From: Shigella phage Henu10
Strand: one strand, 5' to 3'
Length of the DNA stretch: 47,865 nt
Sequence record: OQ791282
Part shown: positions 18,285-28,062 of the stretch, one piece after another
How the letters are laid out: each line of letters begins with the position of its first letter
Numbering within the stretch: position 1 is the stretch's first letter
Translations under genes and position numbers: made by a program
Notes under the pieces: model-generated
Told to the model about the DNA's origin: nothing
The model's database searches: none
The model's input: only the letters and a program-made list of their open reading frames with translations

Positions 18285-19583
18285 TTACAAAATACTCGCA
18301 ATCTGCTGTAAATCGTTTTGGATAGGTTCGTCAAGTTCTATAAAGCCGTAACGAAGAGCATCTATCAAGTGGTTATGTTTGTCAATAGGGATACCAGCTT
18401 TTTTATCGTTCCAAGCGTAATTGCGGAGTTCCTTTTTGAGGTTATGGCTATTCTCGGTTACAATAATTTGATATTCTAACATTTTTAAAATAGAGGCGGA
18501 CACGATGCCAGGCTTTTTCTTTGTTGGTTTTATGTTTAATCCTTTTTTACGCAAGTCCTCAATTAGTCGTGGCTCAGCACTATCGCCTACTATTAAATCA
18601 TTTTCTCGGTCTATAAGGCTTTTATTTAGCAGATACAAATCATCTGTTGAGAGTTGATTGTTTCCGTAATATTTCTCATCAGCATAGATAATTTTTCTTT
18701 TGTGGTCAATAGCTACCTTAACTAATGTATCTGGGTCTATGCTAAATCCGTAATCTTGACCATAGCAGTAAGGAATAGATGTGTCAAAGTCGCCTTCCTT
18801 CCAATTAGTAAAGATAACGCCCTCTGCCATATCAGACCACCTGCCTATGATTTTTTGAGCGTACTTGCTCTTATTGAATAGGGCTTGGTCTAATTTACCG
18901 TTTATAGTACACTGCTCTATACTTTCCTGTTTTATACGCTCTATATTAGACAAGAATTGTTCTGACAAGTTCTCTATGTTGTCTAAATAGGTCGTGTGGA
19001 TATGTAGGACATCGGGGTGGGTGCTTATCTGTACATCTACACCGTCAATCTGTACTATCTTATGGGTATTTTCAATATATTTTTTATAAATAAAATGGTC
19101 GGAGTCGGTAGGGTTGAGTATCAGTATAACTCTTAATTGTTTATTTTTCTGACGAATGGATAGGATTAACTTTTCGTAATCTTCCTCGTTTTCCCACTCT
19201 TCCATTTCATCGCCCACGAAGGTGGTTATCCCCTGTATGGATTTAAGGTTTGCTGTTTGGTTTCCTGACGAAGTTTTTATCCCTCTAAATAAAATACTAC
19301 TTCCTGAAAATTTATTTAGTATTTCATTGTTTGTTACTGTAAAATACTCCTGCACGCCCTCTTTTTCTATTTTTTCCTCAAACTCTGGAATGATAGAAAT
19401 ACGAGCGGAGGTCATCGTGTAACGGCTAAAGAGCATCTTATGCCCAGCTTCAAAAGATAATCGCTCTACAAAGGTAGTCGCATTATAGGATTTTGCAGAC
19501 CCTCTACCTCCAGTAAGGAGTATAATAAACTTGTCTTTGTTGGTGTAAAGAGGGTTATATACTTCTTGTGTTTTTATTGGCAT
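18285..19583 (-). CDS. terL: Terminase large subunit
   Basis: 432 aa; Walker A LLTGGRGSAKS near N-terminus; nuclease-type C-terminal half; follows small subunit. Confidence 0.8.
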   Translation of the reverse strand: MPIKTQEVYNPLYTNKDKFIILLTGGRGSAKSYNATTFVERLSFEAGHKMLFSRYTMTSARISIIPEFEEKIEKEGVQEYFTVTNNEILNKFSGSSILFRGIKTSSGNQTANLKSIQGITTFVGDEMEEWENEEDYEKLILSIRQKNKQLRVILILNPTDSDHFIYKKYIENTHKIVQIDGVDVQISTHPDVLHIHTTYLDNIENLSEQFLSNIERIKQESIEQCTINGKLDQALFNKSKYAQKIIGRWSDMAEGVIFTNWKEGDFDTSIPYCYGQDYGFSIDPDTLVKVAIDHKRKIIYADEKYYGNNQLSTDDLYLLNKSLIDRENDLIVGDSAEPRLIEDLRKKGLNIKPTKKKPGIVSASILKMLEYQIIVTENSHNLKKELRNYAWNDKKAGIPIDKHNHLIDALRYGFIELDEPIQNDLQQIASIL

Positions 19584-19677
19584 TTTGTGAATTTGTCAAT
19601 ATAAAGGCGTGTTTTTTGCTTCGTTTTGGTCTCACGCTGGGGATTTTATTAGACCAAATTGTATTATTTATAAAAAA

Positions 19678-20160
19678 TTATTCTTTTTCTTGTTGATTGT
19701 TTATTTTGAGCCAGTCCGAAATGTTGATACTACCTTTTTGGTTCAGCTCTATATCTTGTCTGTCTCTCCACGCTTTAGGCTGTCTATTTTTCAACCAAAA
19801 TATTTGGGCTGATGTTTCAGGAGGATAATAGTCTTCTACCTCTACAACTTCTACTTTCTCTATCTGTCTATCGTGTTCGTCATATTGCTTTACTTTGATT
19901 GGTACTTGTCTTTTTTCCTTATGCCCCAAAGCTCTTTTATACAAAGTAGAAGCTACATTAGCATCAGCTTCTTCTTTTCCCTTTTTTATGGACTCTAAAA
20001 ATTCAGGGTGTTCGTTCTTCCAATTATTTAAAGTCCCTTCTGTAATCTCAAATAAATTAGCCATTTGAGCATCAGTAAGTCCAGCCAAACAATATTTTAA
20101 TGCTTGTGCAGGGTGATAATTAGCGTCATATTTCGTGGGTCTTCCTACTTTATTCTCCAT
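19678..20160 (-). CDS. Terminase small subunit, putative
   Basis: N-terminal GRPTKY... HTH region typical of small terminase DNA-binding domains; upstream of terL. Confidence 0.55.
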   Translation of the reverse strand: MENKVGRPTKYDANYHPAQALKYCLAGLTDAQMANLFEITEGTLNNWKNEHPEFLESIKKGKEEADANVASTLYKRALGHKEKRQVPIKVKQYDEHDRQIEKVEVVEVEDYYPPETSAQIFWLKNRQPKAWRDRQDIELNQKGSINISDWLKINNQQEKE

Positions 20161-20887
20161 TCTCTATTATTTCTGCAAATTCTTCTCCTTTTATGAACTT
20201 AGTATCTCCGCTTAAGTGAAATCGCTCTAAGAAAAACACTTTATTCTCATAGCTGTCAAAAGATAGGGTGATATAAGGGTCTCCCTCATAAACGGTTCCT
20301 TCCTTAACTTTCGCTTTAGCTTCTTTTACGGCTTGTTTTTTTTCCTCTTGTGAGGCTTCTTCTTCACTATCTTGTGTTTTAGCCTTTTCTTTCTTTTCTT
20401 CTTGAGGTTCAAAAGTAGGCACTTCAATATTTAGGTCTTTAGGTAGTTCTACCTCTATAAAAGAAAGGTCTATATCATCTAAACCTGCTAAATCTACATC
20501 AATATCAGGAACGATTAAAGCTAACTTTTGGTAGTCCATTTCTCCTTGTACGGACTTGGAGTTAAAGAATATGTTTAGCTCTTTCTCTGTCTTTAAATCT
20601 ACATTGATAACTTCTACTTTTATCTCGTAGTCGTTCTCTTTTGTAGAGGAATTATATTTATTTACTTCGTCAGCAATAGATAACTTTTGATGTCCCGATA
20701 CTAAATTTGTGGTTAATTCGTTCCATACCATTCCCCCTATAATGCCGTTTGCCTTGATGTTCTTTTTTAAGGCTTTTCTTGCTTCATCAGTTATCTTTCT
20801 TGGATTGTATGGAGCGGGCGTTATTTGGCTTCTTAGTATAGTTCTAGTTTCAGATTGCTTTATTTTGTTTTTCATAGTCATATTCAA
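20150..20887 (-). CDS. ParB-like nuclease domain protein
   Basis: N-terminal ITPAPYNPRKI...GHQKL resembles ParB/Srx N-terminal domain; acidic low-complexity C-terminal half; overlaps neighbours on both sides. Confidence 0.55.
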   Translation of the reverse strand: MNMTMKNKIKQSETRTILRSQITPAPYNPRKITDEARKALKKNIKANGIIGGMVWNELTTNLVSGHQKLSIADEVNKYNSSTKENDYEIKVEVINVDLKTEKELNIFFNSKSVQGEMDYQKLALIVPDIDVDLAGLDDIDLSFIEVELPKDLNIEVPTFEPQEEKKEKAKTQDSEEEASQEEKKQAVKEAKAKVKEGTVYEGDPYITLSFDSYENKVFFLERFHLSGDTKFIKGEEFAEIIENGE

Positions 20888-21554
20888 ATAAAATTCTTTC
20901 CGTGTCGGGAAACTCTTCTATAACTCTTTTTAAATCCCCTGGAGCGTTTGCCCTACACCATAAAAGAAAAGAAAGGTTTGTTACATCTGTTCCTTGCGAC
21001 CTTGTGTTTCCTACATTTCCATATTGTAATGGCTCTATAAGTCTTTTTTTACTTATAAACTGCAAAACTTCTTTATTAGACCACTTGGATAATGGGTATA
21101 CCTTTTGTGTCTCTTCGTTTATTATTTCGTTTTCATAGGTTCGCAACATCAACCTCCTGTTGAGGCTGTCGTTTTGCTTAAACCCATACACTGCCCATTG
21201 GATACCCGTTTCTTCCTTAATTTTTTCTGTAATTGTTGATAGGTTGTATTGTGCATAATTTACCTCATTAGTCCCGCAGATGCCTAATTTTTTATAATTG
21301 TAGTAGGCGTAATGTGGGGTTTGAATAAACGAGGCATTCTTATATCTTCTTTCAGCCCAAAGAATATATTTGTTTATATGCGAAAGGTCTTTGACCATAT
21401 ACATATACACACACTTTACCTCTTTGAAATAAGGGCTTAACATTTCAAGTAAAGCGATGCTATCTTTGCCATTGGCAGAATGAAAGAGTAAAACCCTGTC
21501 CGTTTTTTCAGACAAGGCTTTAATACTCTTCATTGTGTCGGCTAGCAGGTTCAT
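20850..21554 (-). CDS. PAPS reductase-like PP-loop protein
   Basis: LLFHSANGKDSIALLEML matches the PP-loop motif of the PAPS reductase family. Confidence 0.6.
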   Translation of the reverse strand: MNLLADTMKSIKALSEKTDRVLLFHSANGKDSIALLEMLSPYFKEVKCVYMYMVKDLSHINKYILWAERRYKNASFIQTPHYAYYNYKKLGICGTNEVNYAQYNLSTITEKIKEETGIQWAVYGFKQNDSLNRRLMLRTYENEIINEETQKVYPLSKWSNKEVLQFISKKRLIEPLQYGNVGNTRSQGTDVTNLSFLLWCRANAPGDLKRVIEEFPDTERILFEYDYEKQNKAI

Positions 21555-21726
21555 TTATTACTAAATTGCACCGTTAGCCTTCAATCTTCTGTTAGTTCTA
21601 CCAAAAGAAGACAGTTTCCCTTTCTCGTAGTCTTTTTTTGTTCGGTAGGCTTGTCTTTTCCCGCCTGTGTAACGAACTGCATAAGGTTCTGGCATAATAA
21701 TTTAAGTTTTAATGGTTAATTTTGTT

Positions 21727-22185
21727 TTAAATGTTTTCTCTATTGATTACTCTTGCAATAGGTATTGCGAAAATCATAGGCACTTCGTCTTCATCTGTTA
21801 GATTTTTGAATTTTGCAGGTTCTTCATCTAGCTCGTTAAATCCGTATGATTCTCTTACAAATTTAACATCTTCTTCATCTGCTGGGCTTATAATGTGCGG
21901 TGGGTATATTTCTACATCTAAGTGCCACGATTGATTATAGTTCGTGAATCTAATGTATGTTATATCTTCACGCACAATATCATCTATACCCATAGAACCG
22001 TCTGGATTTTCCAAATACTTATTAAAGGTTTTTTCCTTCTCTTTATCTACAAACATTTTATGATAAAAGTCTGAAAAATCTCTTATTTCTACCGTTTTAC
22101 TACCGTTTGCGATAGCTTCTGCATAAGGCTTTCTCATTAACAGCTTGTAAGCCTCAACTTCTGTATTATTTACCTTTATTTTCAT
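21727..22185 (-). CDS. ASCH-domain protein, putative
   Basis: N-terminus LLMRKPYAEAIANGSKTVEIR resembles ASCH/PUA-like domains. Confidence 0.4.
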   Translation of the reverse strand: MKIKVNNTEVEAYKLLMRKPYAEAIANGSKTVEIRDFSDFYHKMFVDKEKEKTFNKYLENPDGSMGIDDIVREDITYIRFTNYNQSWHLDVEIYPPHIISPADEEDVKFVRESYGFNELDEEPAKFKNLTDEDEVPMIFAIPIARVINRENI

Positions 22186-22372
22186 TTTTCTATTTTTTTT
22201 AATTGTTGTTTCATTCTTTCTATTAACTCAATGTGTTCTACTAACTTACCCCTTGTCTTTGTTTTGTACTTCTGTATGGCTTTTGCTTCAATCATTACTT
22301 TACAAAAGTAGTCTTAATCTATTATATTTCAAATATTAAAGCGTGTATAAATTCAAAAAAAATAAAGATTTT

Positions 22373-22396
22373 GATTTTAAAACACGCTTTTAAATT
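22373..22396. repeat. Dyad-symmetric motif, copy 4 (GATTTTAAAACACGCTTTTAAATT)
   Basis: Immediately downstream of the 22398..22712 stop; a degenerate half-copy at 22336..22352. Confidence 0.55.
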
Positions 22397-22397
22397 A

Positions 22398-22712
22398 TCA
22401 ATACATTAAATTAAACTTTTTAAAACACCTAAACTCATTGACCTCTGTATCAAAATAGACTTGTGTGGTTGGGTTTTCTTTTCGTTCTGAACCTTTGGTT
22501 TCAGGTAGTAAATCGGCTTTCAAAGTACCCCACGCTTCTCTAATGCTACCGTCTACCTTTTGAAAGTAGAAACGAACAATACCCTGTTGCATTCTCTTTT
22601 TTAGTTTGTAATTTGCCCACGCTTTTTTTAGGCATTCGCTAAATTTTAAACCTGTTTGTTTGAAAAACTGCCACGCTAATTGCATTATTTGTTTTAAATA
22701 TGTTGGGTTCAT
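22398..22712 (-). CDS. Hypothetical protein
   Basis: 104-aa ORF; no confident motif. Confidence 0.4.
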   Translation of the reverse strand: MNPTYLKQIMQLAWQFFKQTGLKFSECLKKAWANYKLKKRMQQGIVRFYFQKVDGSIREAWGTLKADLLPETKGSERKENPTTQVYFDTEVNEFRCFKKFNLMY

Positions 22713-22774
22713 AAGTTTATAATTTTATGGTTTAGAATTGTGTAAATAGGGGCGTGTTTCAGCCCCATTTGTTG

Positions 22775-23524
22775 TTAGGCACTTTGTAGGTGTTTGAGAA
22801 ATTTGTTTACAAAATAAACCTGCCCTTTGCCTGTTACCTTTGTGGTTATGGTGGTATGCATAACGCCACCGCTACCTGAACGAGTGCCTTTTTTGAGTTC
22901 AAAAATACCCTGTTCTACATATTTTTGATTGGGTATGTTGTAGCGTTCGCCTTTACGCCCCAAATAGCCATTTTCTCTTAGGTATTTGAACAATCGCCGT
23001 TCGCCTATCTCGTAACCGTTTTGAGTAATTACTTTGGCTAACTCGCCAATAAGACACGAGGTCTTACTACCCATTACCGCCTCTGTAAATAATACCTTTG
23101 GGGCTTGTGCTTCAAGTTGAGCTTGTTGCTCTTGATTTTGCAAGAGTAATACCTCTTTTTCTTCTTCTTTCTTGATGAGTTCAAGTAAGGCTTCTTTGTA
23201 GGTGGTGGGTAGGGTGGTTTTAAGTTTCTTCTCACACTCTATGAAGTAACGCCTCGCTTGTTTGCCTTTGTCGCTTCTCTGTAACATTGAAATCTCTTTT
23301 GCACAATCTAGCGTAAGGGCGTAATTTATTAAGGGGCGACCGCCGTTAGGTTTTTCGGAAAAATCCGATAAACTCTGATAGTCAATGTTTTCAATAAATC
23401 CATACTCAAACATTCGCTTTATCCAATCTGCGAATTTATCTTTTATCTCTAAAAAAGAGTGTAACTCTCTAGCTGACACGGCTTGTTTGCCATTTTGTTC
23501 TGTAATTTTGATTAACGCTTTCAT
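22775..23524 (-). CDS. AntA/AntB-family phage antirepressor (paralogue of 8735..9454)
   Basis: First ~100 aa nearly identical to the 8735 product; C-terminal half diverged. Confidence 0.65.
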   Translation of the reverse strand: MKALIKITEQNGKQAVSARELHSFLEIKDKFADWIKRMFEYGFIENIDYQSLSDFSEKPNGGRPLINYALTLDCAKEISMLQRSDKGKQARRYFIECEKKLKTTLPTTYKEALLELIKKEEEKEVLLLQNQEQQAQLEAQAPKVLFTEAVMGSKTSCLIGELAKVITQNGYEIGERRLFKYLRENGYLGRKGERYNIPNQKYVEQGIFELKKGTRSGSGGVMHTTITTKVTGKGQVYFVNKFLKHLQSA

Positions 23525-23526
23525 AG

Positions 23527-23847
23527 TTAGGCAGATTTAGTGTTAAGCAAAATATCATCTGTCAACAATTCTACATCTTCAAAAAAATCTTTAGGTAATC
23601 GGTTGTGCATCGCCCAAAGCAAAGAGGCTAAGTTGGCTACTCTTTGTTCAGCATTTTGGTAATACCCTTTGCGAATTTCGCCTGTAAGCATATCCATTTG
23701 CTCTGTAACTAGGTAAAATAGATTGTCTTGGTCTACACCAAAACAAGAGTTAAACTCAGATAGGCGTTTTGCTCTATCAATGGTTTTTTGGTTTTGCACC
23801 TCGCTACTGTTGTTTGCGGTTGGTGCGGTTGTTTGATGGTTTAACAT
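23527..23847 (-). CDS. Hypothetical protein (first gene of second antirepressor cassette)
   Basis: N-terminus MLNHQTTAPTANNSSEVQ paralogous to 8340..8732. Confidence 0.5.
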   Translation of the reverse strand: MLNHQTTAPTANNSSEVQNQKTIDRAKRLSEFNSCFGVDQDNLFYLVTEQMDMLTGEIRKGYYQNAEQRVANLASLLWAMHNRLPKDFFEDVELLTDDILLNTKSA

Positions 23848-24030
23848 AATAATTAAAAATAAAATAGGCGTAAGTAGGTGCTGTTAAACCATCGTGTTCA
23901 CGAAAGTGTATAATATTACTATTATACGACACCCTTACGCCTGTAAGTTTATATTTTATTTTTATTGAGTATACAACTACTCACGATGGTTTAACACTGC
24001 AAATATACGACTATTTTTTTAACCACCAAA
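23835..24030 (-). promoter_or_regulatory. Promoter plus structured 5' leader, paralogous copy
   Basis: -33 TTTG and -7 TATATTTG (24007..24000) on minus strand; arm1 GTTAAACCATCGTG, arm2 CACGATGGTTTAAC and start-codon copy GTTAAACCATC co-vary relative to copy 1; the stem CGTGAGTAG / CTACTTACG has a G-U pair only in the sense RNA. Confidence 0.6.
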
Positions 24031-24119
24031 TTTTTTGTAGAAAATTTTTTATTTTTTTCTTTGATGCATAAAAAAAAGCCCCTACAATTGGGGCATTTTT
24101 ATTACAATATATAATCGTT

Positions 24120-24944
24120 CTATTTTTTCTTTTTTTGCTTATCCTCCTTGAGCATTTTTTTATATCCTGCCTTAAGTTCTTTTCTTACATCAGGTAATTG
24201 TTTTTCCTGAGGAAGATTTTCAGGATTTTTACCAACATTCTTTTTGATAATTTCTCTTACCTCTTTGCCAACTTCGTAATGTGTAGCTTCAAGGTTATGC
24301 TGTCCTTGTATCCCCTTACTTTTAATTCGTTCCTCTGTCTGTGTAACACGGAATAAATTAGCTGCCAATTCAGTTCTACCCATGCTATCCATCAGCTTTT
24401 CTTTTTTCACATTGCGTTTATTAGCCAACTCCCAATTTCTCATATTGTACATTCCTAAATATCCCGCATTTGTGAACTTCGCATAATCTTGAACTTTTGC
24501 GTGTTTCAGAGTAGAATTAAGAGATTTATTCCCTTCCGTTAATTCTTCTCTAATTAAAAGCCTATCTATTTCCTGATGATTTTCTATATACAATTCAAAT
24601 TTTCGTGTTTGCTGAGCAAAATATGCTTGTGCTTGTGCAACCTCTATTTTTTTGGGGTCTCCATTCATTACAACCATATAACACGCAAAACGAGTCAGTT
24701 TGAAATCTTGAAAGGTGTTATTATCTATTGTTCTTTGTTCAGGTAAAATATTATCATAGTAAGGAATATTCAATGAAACAAATGCCTTAGTAGCTCTATC
24801 TAAAACTTTTTGAAATGATTTCATATTAGGATACGCCAACATCCTCATTAAGTCTGATGCCCACCAATAAGTTATACCATTTTCTTGCTTAAAATCTTCA
24901 AAAGAAAGTCCGTCAGCATCTGTATTATGAACTAATTCACTCAT
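24120..24944 (-). CDS. Bro-N / DinD-like domain protein, putative
   Basis: N-terminal ITYWWASDLMRMLAY resembles Bro-N/DinD-type N-terminal domains; basic C-terminal tail. Confidence 0.45.
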   Translation of the reverse strand: MSELVHNTDADGLSFEDFKQENGITYWWASDLMRMLAYPNMKSFQKVLDRATKAFVSLNIPYYDNILPEQRTIDNNTFQDFKLTRFACYMVVMNGDPKKIEVAQAQAYFAQQTRKFELYIENHQEIDRLLIREELTEGNKSLNSTLKHAKVQDYAKFTNAGYLGMYNMRNWELANKRNVKKEKLMDSMGRTELAANLFRVTQTEERIKSKGIQGQHNLEATHYEVGKEVREIIKKNVGKNPENLPQEKQLPDVRKELKAGYKKMLKEDKQKKKK

Positions 24945-25044
24945 ATTTTATCTATACTAAATTTATACAAAAATACAAAAAAAAGTAGACTTTCTTATGT
25001 TTTGCTTTTAAAAATTCGTTTTCACACACCTTTAAAAAAACACA

Positions 25045-25075
25045 AAACCCATTGAAAATCAATGGGTTTATTTTT
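25045..25075. terminator. Bidirectional terminator hairpin
   Basis: Perfect 11-bp stem AAACCCATTGA / TCAATGGGTTT with A-run upstream and T-run downstream. Confidence 0.55.
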
Positions 25076-25078
25076 GAG

Positions 25079-25181
25079 GTTGCGAACTATCACAAAGATA
25101 GTAAATTTTTGAAAGCAATTCACAACGCTATTGGAGTTGCTTGTCTTTCAAGTTCCGTTGCGAACCATCACAAAGATAGTA
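25079..25181. repeat. Two 25-bp direct repeats GTTGCGAAC(T/C)ATCACAAAGATAGTA
   Basis: Copies at 25079..25103 and 25157..25181; each carries TATCTTTG on the minus strand. Confidence 0.5.
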
Positions 25182-25183
25182 TT

Positions 25184-25513
25184 TTATTTCACATGAGAAG
25201 AGTTAAACCATAAACTCTTCTCTTGATATTGTGCCTTTATTCTCCCTATTTTTATTTCTTCCACATTTAAAGTTGAATTTTTTGGGACGATAAACATTTT
25301 CCCATCCATTATCATTTGACCGAACGCGTTACCATCTTTAGCATTTGAAATCCTTAACATTTCATCAAAATCAGACTCGGTAATCGTTCCCACTGTTTCT
25401 TGTGTAGTATGAACATCATCTCCCACCTTGAAAAATTCTGATTTTTTACCACAAGATATAAAAGCTCCCAATATTAACAAAGACAAGGCAAAAAACAATA
25501 ACGCTTTTTTCAT
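25184..25513 (-). CDS. Lipoprotein
   Basis: MKKALLFFALSLLILGAFISC signal/lipobox; promoter and 5'UTR identical to that of 6335..7027. Confidence 0.55.
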   Translation of the reverse strand: MKKALLFFALSLLILGAFISCGKKSEFFKVGDDVHTTQETVGTITESDFDEMLRISNAKDGNAFGQMIMDGKMFIVPKNSTLNVEEIKIGRIKAQYQEKSLWFNSSHVK

Positions 25514-25602
25514 AGTTTTAAATTTTAAATTAGTTATGTCGCAAAGATATAAAAAGTTATCAAGAAAAAGAGAGGCGGTAGCCCCTCTGTAATGCTTAGT
25601 GG

Positions 25603-25875
25603 TTACTCTCTTGAATAAACCATACCCTTTCTAAGCCCTGATGTTATTCTCCTGTACTTAAATGTATGTCCAACATCATACTGAGCATATGCTAAAGTGG
25701 GTACTTCCATAATGGAGTCTTTAGATTTGAAAAAGTAATCATAACCGCCTTTATTGTTTTTTAGGCTTATTTTTTCAGTAATTGTAAAGTCAAAATCTTG
25801 ATATGTGTCTTCCTTGTGTTCGCCACAAGAGAGTAAGGTAAATAAAAATAGTCCTGTTAATATTATTTTGTTCAT
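25603..25875 (-). CDS. Lipoprotein
   Basis: MNKIILTGLFLFTLLSCGEHK signal/lipobox. Confidence 0.5.
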   Translation of the reverse strand: MNKIILTGLFLFTLLSCGEHKEDTYQDFDFTITEKISLKNNKGGYDYFFKSKDSIMEVPTLAYAQYDVGHTFKYRRITSGLRKGMVYSRE

Positions 25876-26123
25876 CTCAATTTTATTACTAATTTTTCCG
25901 ATATGTATGTTTTTCCTTTTTTTAGAGTAGCGTAGTCTTCTACATCTACCTGCTTTTCATCTATTTCCCCTGTTATCTCATCTTTTATGATAATGTAATA
26001 CGCGGGGGTGTATCTTGTACCTACAATTTTATCAACCACGGTGTATTTGTACGGCTGTTGTTCTATCTTAAAAAAGAATAGAAATGCTCCTACTAGGAGT
26101 AGGGCGGTTATTGTTACTTTCAT
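25872..26123 (-). CDS. Secreted/membrane small protein
   Basis: N-terminal hydrophobic signal-like segment. Confidence 0.4.
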   Translation of the reverse strand: MKVTITALLLVGAFLFFFKIEQQPYKYTVVDKIVGTRYTPAYYIIIKDEITGEIDEKQVDVEDYATLKKGKTYISEKLVIKLR

Positions 26124-26129
26124 AATTAT

Positions 26130-26495
26130 TTACTGTTTATGAATTAAGTTTATAGCTGTTGAGGTTAGGAAGGGCATTTCTTCTTCTGGAATTTCATATA
26201 AAATATCTTCTACCTTTTTATTTTCTAAATCTTCAATACTCCCAAAATAAAAATCGGAGTAGCATACTTTATTACCTTCTAATGAAAAACCTTCAAATAA
26301 AATTTTACTTTTGGCTCTTAAAAATTCTGGCTTTTTAAACGGATTTTCATTTTCATCACAAGGAATTAACATTGATAATTTCAATGGCATTCTTAAAAAT
26401 TCAGCATAGTTTGTGCATCTTTTTTTAAAAATTTTACCTTTTATGGGTTCGTATTGTTGACTTAATACAAAATCTATCATTGATTGTAACTTCAT
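26130..26495 (-). CDS. Hypothetical protein
   Basis: 121-aa ORF in co-oriented early-gene array. Confidence 0.4.
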   Translation of the reverse strand: MKLQSMIDFVLSQQYEPIKGKIFKKRCTNYAEFLRMPLKLSMLIPCDENENPFKKPEFLRAKSKILFEGFSLEGNKVCYSDFYFGSIEDLENKKVEDILYEIPEEEMPFLTSTAINLIHKQ

Positions 26496-26705
26496 TTATT
26501 CTAAAATTTCTATCTTTTTATTATTCCCTTTTTCTATCACTTTATACATCATTTCTTTAACTTGCGGACCATAAGACCTGTAAGCCTTATTAAATGCTTC
26601 ATAAGGATTGTTTGCTTCTATTTCAAAAGTCCAACCGTCCTCTTCACCCTCGTAATAAAATAAATATAAATCCATATTATTCCTCTGTTTTCTTAATATC
26701 GTCAT
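26496..26705 (-). CDS. Hypothetical protein
   Basis: 69-aa ORF abutting the neighbouring ORF. Confidence 0.35.
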   Translation of the reverse strand: MTILRKQRNNMDLYLFYYEGEEDGWTFEIEANNPYEAFNKAYRSYGPQVKEMMYKVIEKGNNKKIEILE

Positions 26706-27043
26706 TATTTTTCAATTAAATGTTTACATTTGCCGTCCTTAGGCTCAAACATTGATAGTGGGACTATTCCGTTCCCAGTATCTAGCCATCTTAGGCATTG
26801 TTCTTTTAATGGACACTCTTTGTTAGCACATCGGCTAATATCGTTAGGGAGTTTTCTCATTTTCTATTAAATTATATAAAAAGTCAATTACTTCTTTTGA
26901 TTGGTCTTTGAGGTAGGGCTTGGATAAGTCCCATTTAATATTTTTATCATAACCTACTATAATATGTTTCGAATCATAGTCAATATTATATATTGAACCA
27001 TAAAAGTCAATAGCTAAAACAAGGAAAGAGTCTAAATATTTAT

Positions 27044-27793
27044 CTATACCTCATTTATTAGTTTTATTGCAATATTGTTGTCGTATCTTTTTGTATAATA
27101 AAAAGCCTCGCTATCGGTCATAAAGCCTTTAATGTTTAAAGGGACATCTCTTATCCAAATAGGAGTTAGCATATTGTGCAGAAACTGCTCTAGTGTTCTT
27201 AATGCTCGTCTTCTATACGAGTTCATATAATCACCATATTTTTCATAATCTTCATAAGAAACACCTACAAGGTTGTTGTTGTATTCTATTAGTTTTTCAT
27301 AAAAAGCAATGCCATATTTATCCCAAATTTCTTTTTCAGAAACTTCTTTAGAAATTTTATTTTCTTGTCTAAAATCACTTAATAACTCACGATATTTATT
27401 TATTTGAAAATCACTCCAACCCTCCTCTTTGTGAAAAGGTAAATATTCGGCTATTTTTTTACTAATCTCTCTCCAAAATTTAACGTTATAGGGGGTGTTT
27501 TTTACTATTGCTGATTCTTGATATTTTCCAAATATCATAAATATTACTTTAGATGAATCTAAATTTACAGTTATTCTAAAATCCTTGACAGCAAACTCCC
27601 ATATCGTTACTCTTTTATAATCATCAACCTCTATCGGGAAGCCAAATCTTTTGCTTAAATAAAAATAACTTTGGAAATATATATCCTTTGTAAACCAACC
27701 AAAATGAGTGTCCTTGTCTATCTGAAAGCCTAATGCTTTTGCAACTGTTTCAGTGATTGTTTTGTTACCTGAAAATAGGTTATATCTGCTCAT
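27044..27793 (-). CDS. Hypothetical protein
   Basis: 249-aa ORF; no motif recognised. Confidence 0.45.
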   Translation of the reverse strand: MSRYNLFSGNKTITETVAKALGFQIDKDTHFGWFTKDIYFQSYFYLSKRFGFPIEVDDYKRVTIWEFAVKDFRITVNLDSSKVIFMIFGKYQESAIVKNTPYNVKFWREISKKIAEYLPFHKEEGWSDFQINKYRELLSDFRQENKISKEVSEKEIWDKYGIAFYEKLIEYNNNLVGVSYEDYEKYGDYMNSYRRRALRTLEQFLHNMLTPIWIRDVPLNIKGFMTDSEAFYYTKRYDNNIAIKLINEV

Positions 27794-27816
27794 AATTTTT
27801 ATTTTGTTCTCATCTA

Positions 27817-28062
27817 TTAAATTTTAGGCATATCTGGCACTGAATGCCAAAAAACAACATCTAAATCCTCCTCTAAATCTGCCTCTGTCATTATCTTGCC
27901 GTCTTTTGGGTATATTTCGCCGTTTGAAATTCCCCACAAATAACCGTCTTCAACATACGCTAAACAGCCTAACGCTACCCAACCTTTGCCATTCGTTATC
28001 CAAACAGTTTCATTTTCGTTTGGTAATTCTTCTTCTACTTTTTTCCAATTATTTGTTGTCAT
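27817..28062 (-). CDS. DUF551-like phage protein
   Basis: Short Trp-rich protein (WKKVEEELP...WITNGKGW) of DUF551 type. Confidence 0.4.
   Translation of the reverse strand: MTTNNWKKVEEELPNENETVWITNGKGWVALGCLAYVEDGYLWGISNGEIYPKDGKIMTEADLEEDLDVVFWHSVPDMPKI

Noticed and set aside
26706-26861. 51-aa Cys-rich minus-strand small ORF (MRKLPNDISRCANKECPLKEQCLRW...)
   Set aside because: Below the ORF-track size cutoff and without motif support; plausible but too weak to call.
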